Positions 26,379 through 36,978 of a stretch of 56,063 nucleotides of DNA are shown piece by piece (positions within the stretch are counted from its first letter, which is position 1; each line of letters begins with the position of its first letter). Under the pieces are notes generated by a model, which saw nothing but the letters and a program-made list of their open reading frames with translations, did no database searches and had not been told where the DNA came from. The position numbers and the translations under genes are program-made. This DNA comes from a virus (lineage: Duplodnaviria; Caudoviricetes): IMG/VR virus record IMGVR_UViG_3300025875_000029, positions 1 through 56,063 of that record; one strand, 5' to 3'.

Positions 26379-28040
26379 ATGAGAAACATCCGAACCAAGA
26401 TCGCCGGGGCGCTCGCCCTGGCCCTCGCTGGGACCGCACTGGGACTCGGAGGTGGGACCGCCCAAGCCGCCGACGCCTGGGCCGCCCACAGCGCCTACAC
26501 CTACACCGGGGCCTGGAGCCAGACCTCCGAGGAGCACTACTCCAACCAGGCAGGCGCAGCGGCCACCATCAACTTCAGCGCCGTCGCCGGGGCGACCATC
26601 CAGCCCAACGGGGCTAAGACCCCCACCAACGGGACCGTCGCCATCCAGCTCGACGGCAACGCCCCGGTGGTGGTCTCCGAGTACGCCGCCACCTCCAACA
26701 CCTACTCCACGCTGTGGACCTCCCCGGCGCTCACCGCCGGGAACCACACCCTGAAGATTACAGTGCAGTCGGGCTACGGCTCGGTCGTCGGGGCCTACCT
26801 CACCAACGGGACGTTCGGCGGACCCGGGTACGTGACCACGCCCCCGCCCGTGACCGACCCGCCGCCCGCGACCGGACCGCAGCTGTACGTGGACCCGGTC
26901 AACGGCAACGACGCCAACAACGGCAGCACCACCGCCACCGCCTGGCGCACCGTTGCCAAGGTCAACAACTCGGTGATCCCCGCCGGTACGCAGGTCAACT
27001 TCCTGCGAGGCCAGACCTACACCACCTCGCTGATCGCCGACAACTCCGGGACCTCCAGCTCCCGAGTGACCTACGGGGCCTACGGCACCGGCGCTCCGCC
27101 GACCTTCGACGGTGGCGGCATCCGCTACCCCGCCCAGATCACCGGCGCGTTCGTCACCGTCCAGGACGTCCAGGTGCAGAACGCCGGTCAGTCTGACCGG
27201 GTGGGCCTCGGGGTCTACGGCACCGACGCGCTCGTCCAGCGGATCAAGGCCACCGCGAACGCGCTCGGCGTGGAGTTCTACAACGGTGCGCACCGTGGCC
27301 GTCTCACCGCCTCCCAGCTGGTGGACAACAAGACCGTCATCCAGCCCTCGGGCAATAACGACGACTACGGCGCGACCGGCGCCGGTGTCCTCCAGGCCGA
27401 CAACGTCCGGATCGACCACAACACGATCTCGGGCAACATCGGCCCGTCGGCTGACTACGGCACCGACGGCTCGGCCGTGGAGATCTACGGTGCGGTCGGG
27501 ACCACGGTGGACCACAACGTGTCCAGCGAGAACGAGACCTTCACCGAGCTGGGACAGACCCGGACCTCCGGGACGGTCTACCACAACAACCTGATCACCT
27601 CGTCGGTGGTCAACGCCCGAGGTCTCAACGCCCAGGGCAGCGGGACCTTCGGGCCCGTGCTGAACACGACGTTCGTGCACAACACCATCGACTTCACCGG
27701 GGCCAACGCGGTCCCGATCGACATCGGCAGTGGCGCGACCGTCTCCCTGTTCAACAACATCATCAAGGCCAACTACGCGGGGTACACCGAGGGGACGATC
27801 AGCGAAGGCTGCAACGTCCTCCCGGCGACCGGCGGCAACGACATCAACGGCGGCACGCTCGGGGCCAACACGGTCCGGGCCAACCCGCTGTTCGTGTCGG
27901 CGACCGACCGGCACCTGCAGGCCACCTCCCCGGCAGTGAACCGCTGCGCCACCCGGGCAGCGGCAGGGTCCACTGACCTCGGCGACAACCCTCGCCTGGT
28001 CGGGACCCTGGCGGACGCTGGTGCCTACGAGCGCCAGTAA
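26379..28040 (+). CDS. Signal-peptide-bearing right-handed beta-helix (pectate-lyase-like) protein
   Basis: Sec signal ending AQA-AD; CBM-like domain; Pro linker; YVDPVNGND..NG...AWRT; Asn-ladder repeats; SPAVN...DAGAYE tail. Confidence 0.8.
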   Translation: MRNIRTKIAGALALALAGTALGLGGGTAQAADAWAAHSAYTYTGAWSQTSEEHYSNQAGAAATINFSAVAGATIQPNGAKTPTNGTVAIQLDGNAPVVVSEYAATSNTYSTLWTSPALTAGNHTLKITVQSGYGSVVGAYLTNGTFGGPGYVTTPPPVTDPPPATGPQLYVDPVNGNDANNGSTTATAWRTVAKVNNSVIPAGTQVNFLRGQTYTTSLIADNSGTSSSRVTYGAYGTGAPPTFDGGGIRYPAQITGAFVTVQDVQVQNAGQSDRVGLGVYGTDALVQRIKATANALGVEFYNGAHRGRLTASQLVDNKTVIQPSGNNDDYGATGAGVLQADNVRIDHNTISGNIGPSADYGTDGSAVEIYGAVGTTVDHNVSSENETFTELGQTRTSGTVYHNNLITSSVVNARGLNAQGSGTFGPVLNTTFVHNTIDFTGANAVPIDIGSGATVSLFNNIIKANYAGYTEGTISEGCNVLPATGGNDINGGTLGANTVRANPLFVSATDRHLQATSPAVNRCATRAAAGSTDLGDNPRLVGTLADAGAYERQ

Positions 28041-28118
28041 CCCCGACTGAAGTACGCTGCGGGGGTCGACCGGTAAGGTCGGCCCCCGCAGTTCTGTACC
28101 AAACCTCAGGAGCGTCGA

Positions 28119-31100
28119 ATGGCTGTAAGTCTGGTTGCTGGTAGCCCGGTCGTCTCCAACGGGGCGACCGGGACCGCCGTCGCCACCGCCACCCCGACTC
28201 TCCCTGCAGGGACCACCACCGGCGACACCGACCGGGTGTTCATCTTCGCAGTCGGCACGACCACCGCCACCATCGCCACCCCGACCGGCTGGACCTCGCT
28301 GCTCAACGTGGCGGTCGGGTCCGGGACCCTGGGAGCTGGGACGGGCGCTCGCCGGGTCGCTATCTTCTACCGCGACCGTGACACCGCCTGGGCCATGCCC
28401 GCCGTCCCGCAGCCGTCCCAGGCCGCCCCCACCATCGCCGTCTCCGCCGTGACGCTCCGGAAGCCGTCCGCCGAGCAGTGGGACGCCCCGGTCGTCGCTT
28501 CCGGGACCGACCCCGCCACTGGGGCGGCGTTCAGCGCGACCGGTGGGTCGCTTGCTCAGGACACCGGCGGCTACCTGCTTGCCTGCCTGGCGCTGCCCAC
28601 CAACCCCACCTCCGTGTCCTCGCCCAACCTGACGACCTCCGGCGTGGCCTACGGGGCGCTCGCTACCCCCGTGGCGTTCGGAGGTAGCCAGACCGGTAAC
28701 GACGCCTACCAGGCGGTCTACGGCCGGGCCATCACCACCGGGGCCACCGCAGCTCCCACGCTCGCCGCCACCCTGGGCGCGTCCATGATGGGCGGAGCTG
28801 GCTGGGTCGAGCAGTCTTCCTCGTCCCCGGTCCCCGTCACCTACGCGAGCCTCGCCTTCACGGGTGCCAATGGCTCCGCCCCGGTCGGGGTCACCGGGAC
28901 CCTGATCAACGGTGCGACCCGCCAGGTCCAGAACAACGCCATGGTGTTCACGGGCCCCGTCACCGCCTCGGTGAGCGCAGGGCCGACGGTGCTGAACGTG
29001 ACGCCGGTCAGCGACAGCGAGATGACGGTGGACTTCACCCTCAGCTCACTCGCGGAGCAGTACCTGTCGTTCTCAGTCCGGGCGGACGCCACCCTGGACA
29101 ACTGGTCCAGCCCGCAGAACGGTTACCACGTCGCCCTCACCCCGAGCGTCGCCGGGGCGAAGGTCAACCGGATCGTGGCCTACACCACGACCACGCTGTA
29201 CACCCGGCCCGTCACCTGGGCGATCAACACCGTCTACCACTTCAGGTTCCGGGTCGTCGGTGCGCTTGTCAGCTTCCGGCTCTGGGTAGACGGCGCGGCC
29301 GAGCCCACCACCTGGGACTACAGCGCCACCGACGCGACCCCGTACCTCACTGCCGGAGTCCCCGTCTTCGGGTACGCCAACGGGGCGGTGGCGGGGGCCA
29401 AGACCGTCACCATCGACAACTGGACCCTCACCAACGGCGTCGTCGGCGCGGCCCCCGTGGACACCACGGCCCCGACCCCGCCCACCCTGACCGCGACCCC
29501 CGTCAGCCCCACCCAGGTGAACCTGTCCTGGTCCGGCGCGACCGACGCTGTGGGCGTCGCCGGGTACATCGTCAAGCGCGGCGGGACGGTGCTGGACCCG
29601 GCCGTCATCGGGACCAGCTACTCCGACACCACCGCCCCGCCCGGCACGACATCGAGCTACACCGTCCAGGCTTACGACTCGGCCGGGAACACCTCGGTCG
29701 ACTCCAACGCTGCCACCGCGACCACCGCCGCCGCACCTGTCATCCCCGCGAAGTGGGCGACCTACAACAGCGCCGCCGCACAGGTCGCTACCCGGCCCTT
29801 CCGGTACATGTCGCTCGGCGACTCGATCTCGGAAGGGCAGGGCGCGAGCACCCGTGCGAAGCGCTGGGTCAGCCTGGTCACCGCCGAGATGCGAGCCCGG
29901 TACCAGCCCGCCGGGGTCGTCGGCGGCGAGAACTACATCCCCGCATGGAACGGCGTCTACGCTCCGGACTCCACCTGGGCTGCGCCGACCTCCCAGACCG
30001 GGACCCTGGGTTACACCGGGACCGACGGCTCGCTGGGCTACCGCGAGCTGACCTTCCAGACCGGGGCGACCGCGACCTACACCGTGGTCGGCACCTCGAT
30101 GGACCTGTGGTACGCCACCGGTGGCGGTAGCTTCTCCTACCGGATCGACGGCGGAGCAGCGACCACGGTCTCCGCCACCGGGACCTACCAGTCCGCCATG
30201 AAGGTCAACGGCATCTCGCTGGGCGCGGCCGGTACGCACACCGTGGTGATCACCGGGGTGTCGGGCCCCGTCAAGTTCCAGGGCATCACAGTCTACAACG
30301 GGGACAGCGCGGCTGGGGTCCAGCACTACGACTCGGCCCAGTCGGGGTACAAGACCAGCGACTTCCTGCTCGACCGGGTCCAGTTCGCCCGGTCGATGGC
30401 GGCGGTGGCCCCGGATTTCGTGACGATGGCCCTGGGTACGAACGACGCCAGCAACGGCGTCGCCGCCTCCACGTTCAAGACCCAGACGCAGTCGTTGATC
30501 ACCGACCTGAACAACTTGCCGTCCCCGCCCTCGATCCTACTGATCCTGCCCTACCGCTACGCTTCCACCTCGACCACGATCTGGGACGCCTACCGGGTGG
30601 CGCTGCAGCAGCTCGCCACTGCGAACGCCAACTGCGACTTCCTGGACCTGACGGCGACGATGCCGACCACCAGCGCCGGTGGCTACTACTCGTCCGACGC
30701 GCTGCACCCGAGCGACACTGGTCACGCTTTCATCGCCGCCCGGGTGGCGGAGGCGCTGCCTGCGGTCGCAGCGGTGGTCACCGTCGCCGGTGGTGTCACC
30801 GGCGCGGGCACCCTGTCCGCGACCTCGGCCTACGCGGACACCGAGGCGGCGGCGCTCACCGGGGCGGGCAGCCTGACCGCCACGGGCACCACTGCGGTCG
30901 TGGTCAACGCCGCCCTGGCCGTGGACGGGGTCCTCACCGCTGAGGTCGAGGGCCCGCCAGCTTCCACCGCCGTCGAGACGTTCACCTACGCCGACGGCTC
31001 CCCCTGGCCCTCCACCTGGACCCCGACCTCCAGTGGCGGGGTCGGCACGCAGACCGTCGACGTCCAGGGCGGCCGGGGTCGGCTGGTTGTGTCGAACAAC

Positions 31101-33566
31101 ACCTGGGTCAGGTCCCGTTACAGCTCAGCTGTGAACGCCACCGACGGTGGGCTACTGGCCACGATCGAGATCACCCCGGGCGAGTACGCCAACGGGGAGC
31201 TGTTCTTCAACCTGAGCAGCGACGCCGGGTCGGACTACCGACCCGACAACGGCATGTCGATGCCGATCTACATCTCGCAGGGCACGCTGGGCAGCTTCAC
31301 CCAGCTGACCCGGAACGTCAACGGCGTCCACTCCAACATCGGCTACAACGAGATCCCGCTGGACCTGCGAGGCAAGTCCAGGTTCAAGGTCCGGTTCGAG
31401 CGTGAAGGGGCGGAGATCCGCGCCCGGATCTGGGACCCGGCTACCGCCGAACCGACCAGCTGGCTGATCCAGAACAGCAACCCGACCGAGGTTCCGGTCT
31501 CCATCGGCAAGCCCGGTTTCTCTCTGAAGTCGCAGTCTGGGGATCCGCTGGCCGTCTTCGTCGACGACGTCCAGATCTACGTCCCGGGGGCGGTCCTGCC
31601 GGAGGTGGTGGTTGACGGGCCGATGTCGGGGTCGGCCACCCTGATCACGACCACCAGCTCCACGCTGCAGGCCGGTTCGTCCGCTCTCGGGGACGGGTCG
31701 CTGTCCGCCTCCGTGACCGCCACGGGAACCGTGACGCCTGTCGGGCTCTTCGGGGACGGGTCGCTGACTGCGACGGTTACCCTGGACGCTCCGCCGGTGG
31801 ACGGTCCCATGGCTGGTGGTGCCTCCCTGGACGCCGCCTCCGGTGGTACGGCGTCGGCCACGGTCGCCCCCGCAGGGACCGGCGACCTCGGGGCGGTGAC
31901 CTCCGGGTACTCGGGGAGTGCGCTGGCGGACGCCGTCGGGGTCGGGGTGCTGTCGGCGACGGTCAACAACTCCCAGGCGGTGGCGGTCACTTTCACCGGG
32001 ACCGCGGACTCCCCGGCTGGGGCGACCCTCGGGACGAGCTACGCGGCGACCCTGGACCCGGTGGGTGAGCTGGGGGCCGAGGTCGCCCCGGGCGGGGTCT
32101 CGGTCGATGTCGAGGTCGGCGGATACGGACAGTTTGATCTTCAAACTGTCTCGGCGTCGTCGGCCGACGTCGCCCTCGACACCACGGGCACCCTGACCGC
32201 CGAGGTCGGGGTCGTCGACGTCCCACGGGCCGGGCAGCTCGACGGCACCGGCGCACTCACCGCCGCAGTCATCGTCGCCCCGGTCGTGTCCACCGGCGCA
32301 CTCACCGCAGCTGCCGTACTGGCCGCGACCGTCACCCCGGCCGACATCGAGAACCCCACCACCGCCGGGGCAGGCGACCTCGCCGCAACCGCCGCCTACT
32401 CCACCGCACTGCCCGGCGGACTGCCCGCCGACGGGACGCTGACTGCCGAGGTGACCATCGCCCCGATGGTGGTCGAGGCCCAGCTGGACGGGATCACCGC
32501 CCTGGACGCCGGGGTCGGGGAGCAGGTGGCGGTCCTGTACCTGGACCTCACCTCGACCGGGCAGCTGGACGCCACCAGCACCCGAGGGCCCATCACCGCG
32601 ACCGGGGCTATGCTCGGGACAGGGTCGTCCGCCGCCTCCGTGGCCCCTTCCTCGCCCTCGGACGCCCCGGCGGGGTCACGGGGCGACCTGGCCATCGGGT
32701 GGACCGTCGCGGGCCAGCGAGACACCCAGCTCGACGGGGCAGGGACCCTGACCGCAGTGGTGGTCGCGGAGGGTCAGCCGACGGCAGCGGACCTCACCGC
32801 TGCGGGCGACCTGAGCACCGTCGTGGTAGCGGCCCGGACCGAGGCTCCGATACTAGACGGGGCGGGACAGCTCGCCGCCACCGTCCAGACCTCGATCCAG
32901 GCCGCCGCCGACTTTACCGGTACGAGTACGGTCGCCACCTCAGTCGACGCCCCGGTCCTGGTCGACGTTGCCGACGCCGGGACCTCGGACCTGGGGGCGA
33001 CCGTCACTCTCGGGGCGGTCACCACCCCGATCGGATTCTCCGGTGCTGGGGCCCTCACCGCCACGGTCAGCACTGCGGTGGCGGTGGCGGTCAATCTGGA
33101 CGCGACCACTACCGGACCGGCGACCTCGACCGGTGCGATCACCGCCGACTCCACTCTCACCTCAACCTCGTACCTGGACGCCGGGGCGGCGGTCACCCGT
33201 GACCTCCCGCTAGACTCGGCCGGGACCCTGGCTATCAGTGCCGGGCAGGCCGCTACGAGGGCCGCCGGAGCTACGGGGGCGGGCTCGCTGACCGCCACGG
33301 TGAGTGTCGGTCTGCAGGTGGATGCGGTGTTTGCCGCGCTCGGGGTCACCGAGATCGACGCGTTCGCCGACCTGGTGGCCGATGTCGACCTCGACGGCGA
33401 CGCGAAGATGACCGCGATCGGGGGCGCGAAGTTCGAGTTCGACGTCTACGGGCCGCTCCCGGTCGAGCGGTACGCGGTCGCCGTCGCCGGTCCGACCTTG
33501 AACTTCCGGAGCATCGGGCCCGTATACTCGGGTCCGGATTACACGGCTACGATCCTGGAGGATTGA
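28119..33566 (+). CDS. Giant multidomain adhesin/fibre with lectin-like, Fn3 and SGNH esterase domains and G-x-G-x-L-x-A repeats
   Basis: DTTAPT...LSWS.ATD.VGV.GY...YTVQAYDSAGN (Fn3); GDSIS/LGTND/DALHP (SGNH); repeated GxGxLxA over the C-terminal ~650 aa. Confidence 0.8.
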   Translation: MAVSLVAGSPVVSNGATGTAVATATPTLPAGTTTGDTDRVFIFAVGTTTATIATPTGWTSLLNVAVGSGTLGAGTGARRVAIFYRDRDTAWAMPAVPQPSQAAPTIAVSAVTLRKPSAEQWDAPVVASGTDPATGAAFSATGGSLAQDTGGYLLACLALPTNPTSVSSPNLTTSGVAYGALATPVAFGGSQTGNDAYQAVYGRAITTGATAAPTLAATLGASMMGGAGWVEQSSSSPVPVTYASLAFTGANGSAPVGVTGTLINGATRQVQNNAMVFTGPVTASVSAGPTVLNVTPVSDSEMTVDFTLSSLAEQYLSFSVRADATLDNWSSPQNGYHVALTPSVAGAKVNRIVAYTTTTLYTRPVTWAINTVYHFRFRVVGALVSFRLWVDGAAEPTTWDYSATDATPYLTAGVPVFGYANGAVAGAKTVTIDNWTLTNGVVGAAPVDTTAPTPPTLTATPVSPTQVNLSWSGATDAVGVAGYIVKRGGTVLDPAVIGTSYSDTTAPPGTTSSYTVQAYDSAGNTSVDSNAATATTAAAPVIPAKWATYNSAAAQVATRPFRYMSLGDSISEGQGASTRAKRWVSLVTAEMRARYQPAGVVGGENYIPAWNGVYAPDSTWAAPTSQTGTLGYTGTDGSLGYRELTFQTGATATYTVVGTSMDLWYATGGGSFSYRIDGGAATTVSATGTYQSAMKVNGISLGAAGTHTVVITGVSGPVKFQGITVYNGDSAAGVQHYDSAQSGYKTSDFLLDRVQFARSMAAVAPDFVTMALGTNDASNGVAASTFKTQTQSLITDLNNLPSPPSILLILPYRYASTSTTIWDAYRVALQQLATANANCDFLDLTATMPTTSAGGYYSSDALHPSDTGHAFIAARVAEALPAVAAVVTVAGGVTGAGTLSATSAYADTEAAALTGAGSLTATGTTAVVVNAALAVDGVLTAEVEGPPASTAVETFTYADGSPWPSTWTPTSSGGVGTQTVDVQGGRGRLVVSNNTWVRSRYSSAVNATDGGLLATIEITPGEYANGELFFNLSSDAGSDYRPDNGMSMPIYISQGTLGSFTQLTRNVNGVHSNIGYNEIPLDLRGKSRFKVRFEREGAEIRARIWDPATAEPTSWLIQNSNPTEVPVSIGKPGFSLKSQSGDPLAVFVDDVQIYVPGAVLPEVVVDGPMSGSATLITTTSSTLQAGSSALGDGSLSASVTATGTVTPVGLFGDGSLTATVTLDAPPVDGPMAGGASLDAASGGTASATVAPAGTGDLGAVTSGYSGSALADAVGVGVLSATVNNSQAVAVTFTGTADSPAGATLGTSYAATLDPVGELGAEVAPGGVSVDVEVGGYGQFDLQTVSASSADVALDTTGTLTAEVGVVDVPRAGQLDGTGALTAAVIVAPVVSTGALTAAAVLAATVTPADIENPTTAGAGDLAATAAYSTALPGGLPADGTLTAEVTIAPMVVEAQLDGITALDAGVGEQVAVLYLDLTSTGQLDATSTRGPITATGAMLGTGSSAASVAPSSPSDAPAGSRGDLAIGWTVAGQRDTQLDGAGTLTAVVVAEGQPTAADLTAAGDLSTVVVAARTEAPILDGAGQLAATVQTSIQAAADFTGTSTVATSVDAPVLVDVADAGTSDLGATVTLGAVTTPIGFSGAGALTATVSTAVAVAVNLDATTTGPATSTGAITADSTLTSTSYLDAGAAVTRDLPLDSAGTLAISAGQAATRAAGATGAGSLTATVSVGLQVDAVFAALGVTEIDAFADLVADVDLDGDAKMTAIGGAKFEFDVYGPLPVERYAVAVAGPTLNFRSIGPVYSGPDYTATILED

Positions 33567-33859
33567 TGGAACTGGCCCGCACGGCAATCGAGAGCGTGAC
33601 GGTCACCATCGACACGACCGCCTCCCCGATCAACCCGCCGTCGGTCGCGATCGGTGTCGGTACCGCCTCACCGGGGCCGGACGCCCAGTGGGTCCAGGCG
33701 GCGTGGTCTGAACCGGGCACCGAGGCGACTTTCCAGCTGGCGGGGATCGATGCGCCGGAGACGGCGGCTCTGCGGACCAAGGCGCTCGGTCACAACTACG
33801 TCTACGTCAGGTTTGGGACGGTCATCCGGAAGGCCGAGGGCGTAGTCGAAGTCCGCTAG
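33566..33859 (+). CDS. Small beta-rich virion attachment protein (putative)
   Basis: TGATG coupling to the giant fibre gene. Confidence 0.6.
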   Translation: MELARTAIESVTVTIDTTASPINPPSVAIGVGTASPGPDAQWVQAAWSEPGTEATFQLAGIDAPETAALRTKALGHNYVYVRFGTVIRKAEGVVEVR

Positions 33860-33887
33860 ATATAGGCCCGTGTGCTAGGGTGGCAAC

Positions 33888-34085
33888 ATGGCTGATCGCC
33901 GCTGTACACGATGCCGGGCCCCGCACATGGTCCAGGTGACCAAGCATGACGTCGGAGGCGAGACCATCGAGGTCTGCCTTTGCATGTGGTGTCGCCGTAA
34001 GGCGGACCAAGAGACCGCCGCCGCCCAGCTGCGGTCCCAGAACAAGGACAACACCGGCACCGACGGTACCTTCGGTGCCCCGTAG
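33888..34085 (+). CDS. Small Zn-ribbon protein (leaderless)
   Basis: TGC-TAGGGT lies 6 nt before the ATG; CTRC...CMWC. Confidence 0.6.
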   Translation: MADRRCTRCRAPHMVQVTKHDVGGETIEVCLCMWCRRKADQETAAAQLRSQNKDNTGTDGTFGAP

Positions 34086-34255
34086 GGTCGCCTGTCGGTA
34101 CTACGACCCGCCCCAGCTGTGGTGTCAGCACTGCACCCAGGGCAGGCCCGACCGGTGCCTGGACGTCCGGGTGGTTACCGATGACGCACCCCGGATGCCA
34201 CAGTACAAGCCCGGCTCGACCGAGCTGGAGCCACTACCCCGAGCGGAGACCCCCG

Positions 34256-34591
34256 ATGACCAACCCGCCGACCGTGTACGTCTGCGGTCCGATGACCGGC
34301 CTGCCTGGTCTCAACTTCGAAGCTTTCTTCGAGGCCGACAAGAGGCTGCGGGACGCTGGCTACGAGGTGCTGAACCCCGCTGACCGGGCCGGGCGCACCC
34401 CGGGCAAGCCCTGGGCCTGGTACCTGCGGCGTTGCATCAAGGACGTGGCGGACGCCGACGGCCTGGCGTTGCTGCCGAACTGGGAGCGCTCGCGCGGGGC
34501 CTCGCTGGAGGTGCTGATCGCCGGGCAGCTCCAGATGCCCGCCTGGCCGCTCGTGAAGTGGCTGGACCTTCCCACCCCGAACAACCACTGA
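34256..34591 (+). CDS. DUF4406 / nucleoside 2-deoxyribosyltransferase-like protein
   Basis: VYVCGPMTGLP..NF.AF...VLNPA...LPNWERSRGASLE. Confidence 0.85.
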   Translation: MTNPPTVYVCGPMTGLPGLNFEAFFEADKRLRDAGYEVLNPADRAGRTPGKPWAWYLRRCIKDVADADGLALLPNWERSRGASLEVLIAGQLQMPAWPLVKWLDLPTPNNH

Positions 34592-34643
34592 AGGAGAACG
34601 ACATGGATCGCCCCAGCAAGATCGCGTTCAGGTTCGATGTGCT

Positions 34644-35285
34644 GTGACCAACGACCGACGCACTGAACTCGGATCTGACACCCCACGCTGCGGGGCCCCG
34701 ACCAAGGCCAAGGGGAAGTGCAAAAACCCCGCCGGGATGCGCACCGACCACCTCGGCTACGGCTTGTGCGCCAACCACGGCGGGAACGGCCCCGGTCCCC
34801 GCATCCAGGGCATCCGGGGCAAGACCGCCGCCGAGGCGGAGAGGTTCGCCCTCACCGACGAACTGGCGATCTCCCCGGAGGACGCGCTGCTGTGGGCGGT
34901 CCGGCTGTCGGCCGGTGCGGTGACCTTCCTCCGCCGCCAGGTCGAGTCCCAGGAGAACGGGCACAACCTGGCCCCGATCCAGATGGAGCAGCCGGACAAG
35001 GCGGAGCGAGCCCGGATCGCCTGGGCCGAGGAGTACGGCAAGGAGCGGGACCGGCTGGTCAAGACCGCCGCAGCTGCCGTCTCAGCCGGGGTCGCCCAGC
35101 GCTCGATCGAACTGGCGGAGCAGGAAGCCTCGTTCGTCTACGAGGGTCTGATGGCGGCCATGCGCGCCGTGAAGCTGACCCCGATGCAGATGGAGCAGGC
35201 TGGGGCCGCGCTGCTGGACTACCTGTCGGGCCACCAGGCTCCGATGTCGGAGGTCCGCCGGGAGATCACGGTGGGTCGACGGTGA
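34644..35285 (+). CDS. Terminase small subunit (putative)
   Basis: CGAPTK..G.C......G.G.C..HGG Zn motif then helical region; upstream of TerL. Confidence 0.7.
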   Translation: MTNDRRTELGSDTPRCGAPTKAKGKCKNPAGMRTDHLGYGLCANHGGNGPGPRIQGIRGKTAAEAERFALTDELAISPEDALLWAVRLSAGAVTFLRRQVESQENGHNLAPIQMEQPDKAERARIAWAEEYGKERDRLVKTAAAAVSAGVAQRSIELAEQEASFVYEGLMAAMRAVKLTPMQMEQAGAALLDYLSGHQAPMSEVRREITVGRR

Positions 35286-35464
35286 CCCACACCAAGCACC
35301 GGAAACGTCGGGAACGGGCCAGGCGGGAAGCCACGCCCAGGTGGCTGCTGAACACGAGCAACGCTGTCACCCGCTCAGTGACTATGACCTGGGAGGAGTG
35401 GCGACAGCTGCAAGTAACAGCCGTCGGAATCTCGCCGTTCCGGTCGGGGGTTGAGACGAAGTGA
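35282..35464 (+). CDS. Small basic hypothetical protein
   Basis: GTGA overlaps at both ends. Confidence 0.45.
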   Translation: MTHTKHRKRRERARREATPRWLLNTSNAVTRSVTMTWEEWRQLQVTAVGISPFRSGVETK

Positions 35465-35549
35465 TTGAGGTGGTGGTCGGGGCCCTGCTCGGAGTGGCGT
35501 TCGTCGGCGGTCTGTTCGTGCTCGCTCACCGCCGATGGAGGTACCTCCC

Positions 35550-36977
35550 GTGACCCAGGCCCCGGCCACCCCACAGCCGCTGTGGATCCAACAGCTGAAG
35601 CAACGCCTGACCCCGCGTGAGAACGCCTGGAAGGCTCAGCCGAAACAGGCCACCGCGACCCGCCTCGCCGGGCAGGTGGACGACCTGCTGTATGGCGGCG
35701 CGGCCGGTGGCGGAAAGACCGAATGGCTGATCGAGTACATGATCGCCCAGTGCGAGCTGTACCCGAACAACCGCGTGATCGTGTTCCGCCGGGTCTACCC
35801 GTCACTGAACCGCACGGTCATTCCGCGCGCCAAGGCCAAGCTGAAGGGCCGGGCGAAGTGGAACGGCCAGGAACACACCTTCACGTTCCCCAACGGCTCG
35901 ATCTTTGAGGTCGGGTCGCTGCAGTACCTGGACTCGGTGATCGACTACCAGGGCGTCGAGTACGGCTGCATCGGGTTCGAGGAGATTACCGAGTTCCAGC
36001 AGTCCCAGGTGGAATTCCTGATCGGCCGCCTGCGGTCCACGATCCCCGGGGTCCGACCGCACCTGGTGGCCACCACCAACCCGGGCGGCGCTGGTCACAA
36101 GTGGGTGAAACGCTGGTGGGTGAAGCCGAAGAAGGAGGACATCGAGCCCGGCGAGATGCCTCCGGCTCCTTTCGAGGTGTGGCGGCCAGCTGCTACCGCC
36201 GACGTCCCCCGACCCAGGTCCCGGGCGTACGTACCCGCCACCCTGGAGGACAACCCGGCGCTGATGGCGGCCGACCCGGACTACGTCCACCGGCTGAACG
36301 CCAACTCCAAGCGAGCCCTGCGGGAGGCGTTGAAGAAGGGCGACTGGGATGCGATCGACCAGATCGAGGGCGCGCTGTGGGACGCGGCCGAGCTGGACCG
36401 GGGACGGGTGCGGCCGGAGCAGCTGAGCATGATCGGCGTAGCCCGCCGGGTGATCGCGGTCGACCCGTCGGACGGCGAGGAGGGTGGGGACGAGTTCGGC
36501 GTCTCGCACGTCGCGAAGGGCATGGACGGGGTCGGCTACGTACTGGGTTCCTGGGCCTGGCAGGCCAGCCCCCGGAAGATGGCGGAACGGGCGGTCGGGC
36601 TGTACTACGAGGTGGGCGCGGACGCGATGGTGATCGAACGCAACCACGGCGGGAAATGGATGACCGAGGTGTTCCGCCAGGTGGATCCGAACGTCCGGAT
36701 CATCGAGGTCTGGGCGAGTGACGGCAAGCGCACCCGGGCGGAACCCGTGTCGGCGCTGTTCGAGTACGACCAGTACGCGCTACTCCCGTACCGGGCGCGG
36801 ATGGTCGGGTACCAGCCGGAGTTGGAGGACGAGCTGGTCCTGACTGATTTCCGGCAGGGCGCTCCGTCCCCGAACCGGCTGGATGCGATGGTGTGGGGTT
36901 TGACGGACCTGATGCTGGGTCACCAGACCCGGGCGAGGAAGCCGGGCGGGGACGGCCGACACCGGGGACGACGCTAG
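35550..36977 (+). CDS. Terminase large subunit
   Basis: YGGAAGGGKT Walker A, IGFEE Walker B, TTNPGG, VIAVDPS, PNRLDA. Confidence 0.93.
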   Translation: MTQAPATPQPLWIQQLKQRLTPRENAWKAQPKQATATRLAGQVDDLLYGGAAGGGKTEWLIEYMIAQCELYPNNRVIVFRRVYPSLNRTVIPRAKAKLKGRAKWNGQEHTFTFPNGSIFEVGSLQYLDSVIDYQGVEYGCIGFEEITEFQQSQVEFLIGRLRSTIPGVRPHLVATTNPGGAGHKWVKRWWVKPKKEDIEPGEMPPAPFEVWRPAATADVPRPRSRAYVPATLEDNPALMAADPDYVHRLNANSKRALREALKKGDWDAIDQIEGALWDAAELDRGRVRPEQLSMIGVARRVIAVDPSDGEEGGDEFGVSHVAKGMDGVGYVLGSWAWQASPRKMAERAVGLYYEVGADAMVIERNHGGKWMTEVFRQVDPNVRIIEVWASDGKRTRAEPVSALFEYDQYALLPYRARMVGYQPELEDELVLTDFRQGAPSPNRLDAMVWGLTDLMLGHQTRARKPGGDGRHRGRR

Positions 36978-36978
36978 G

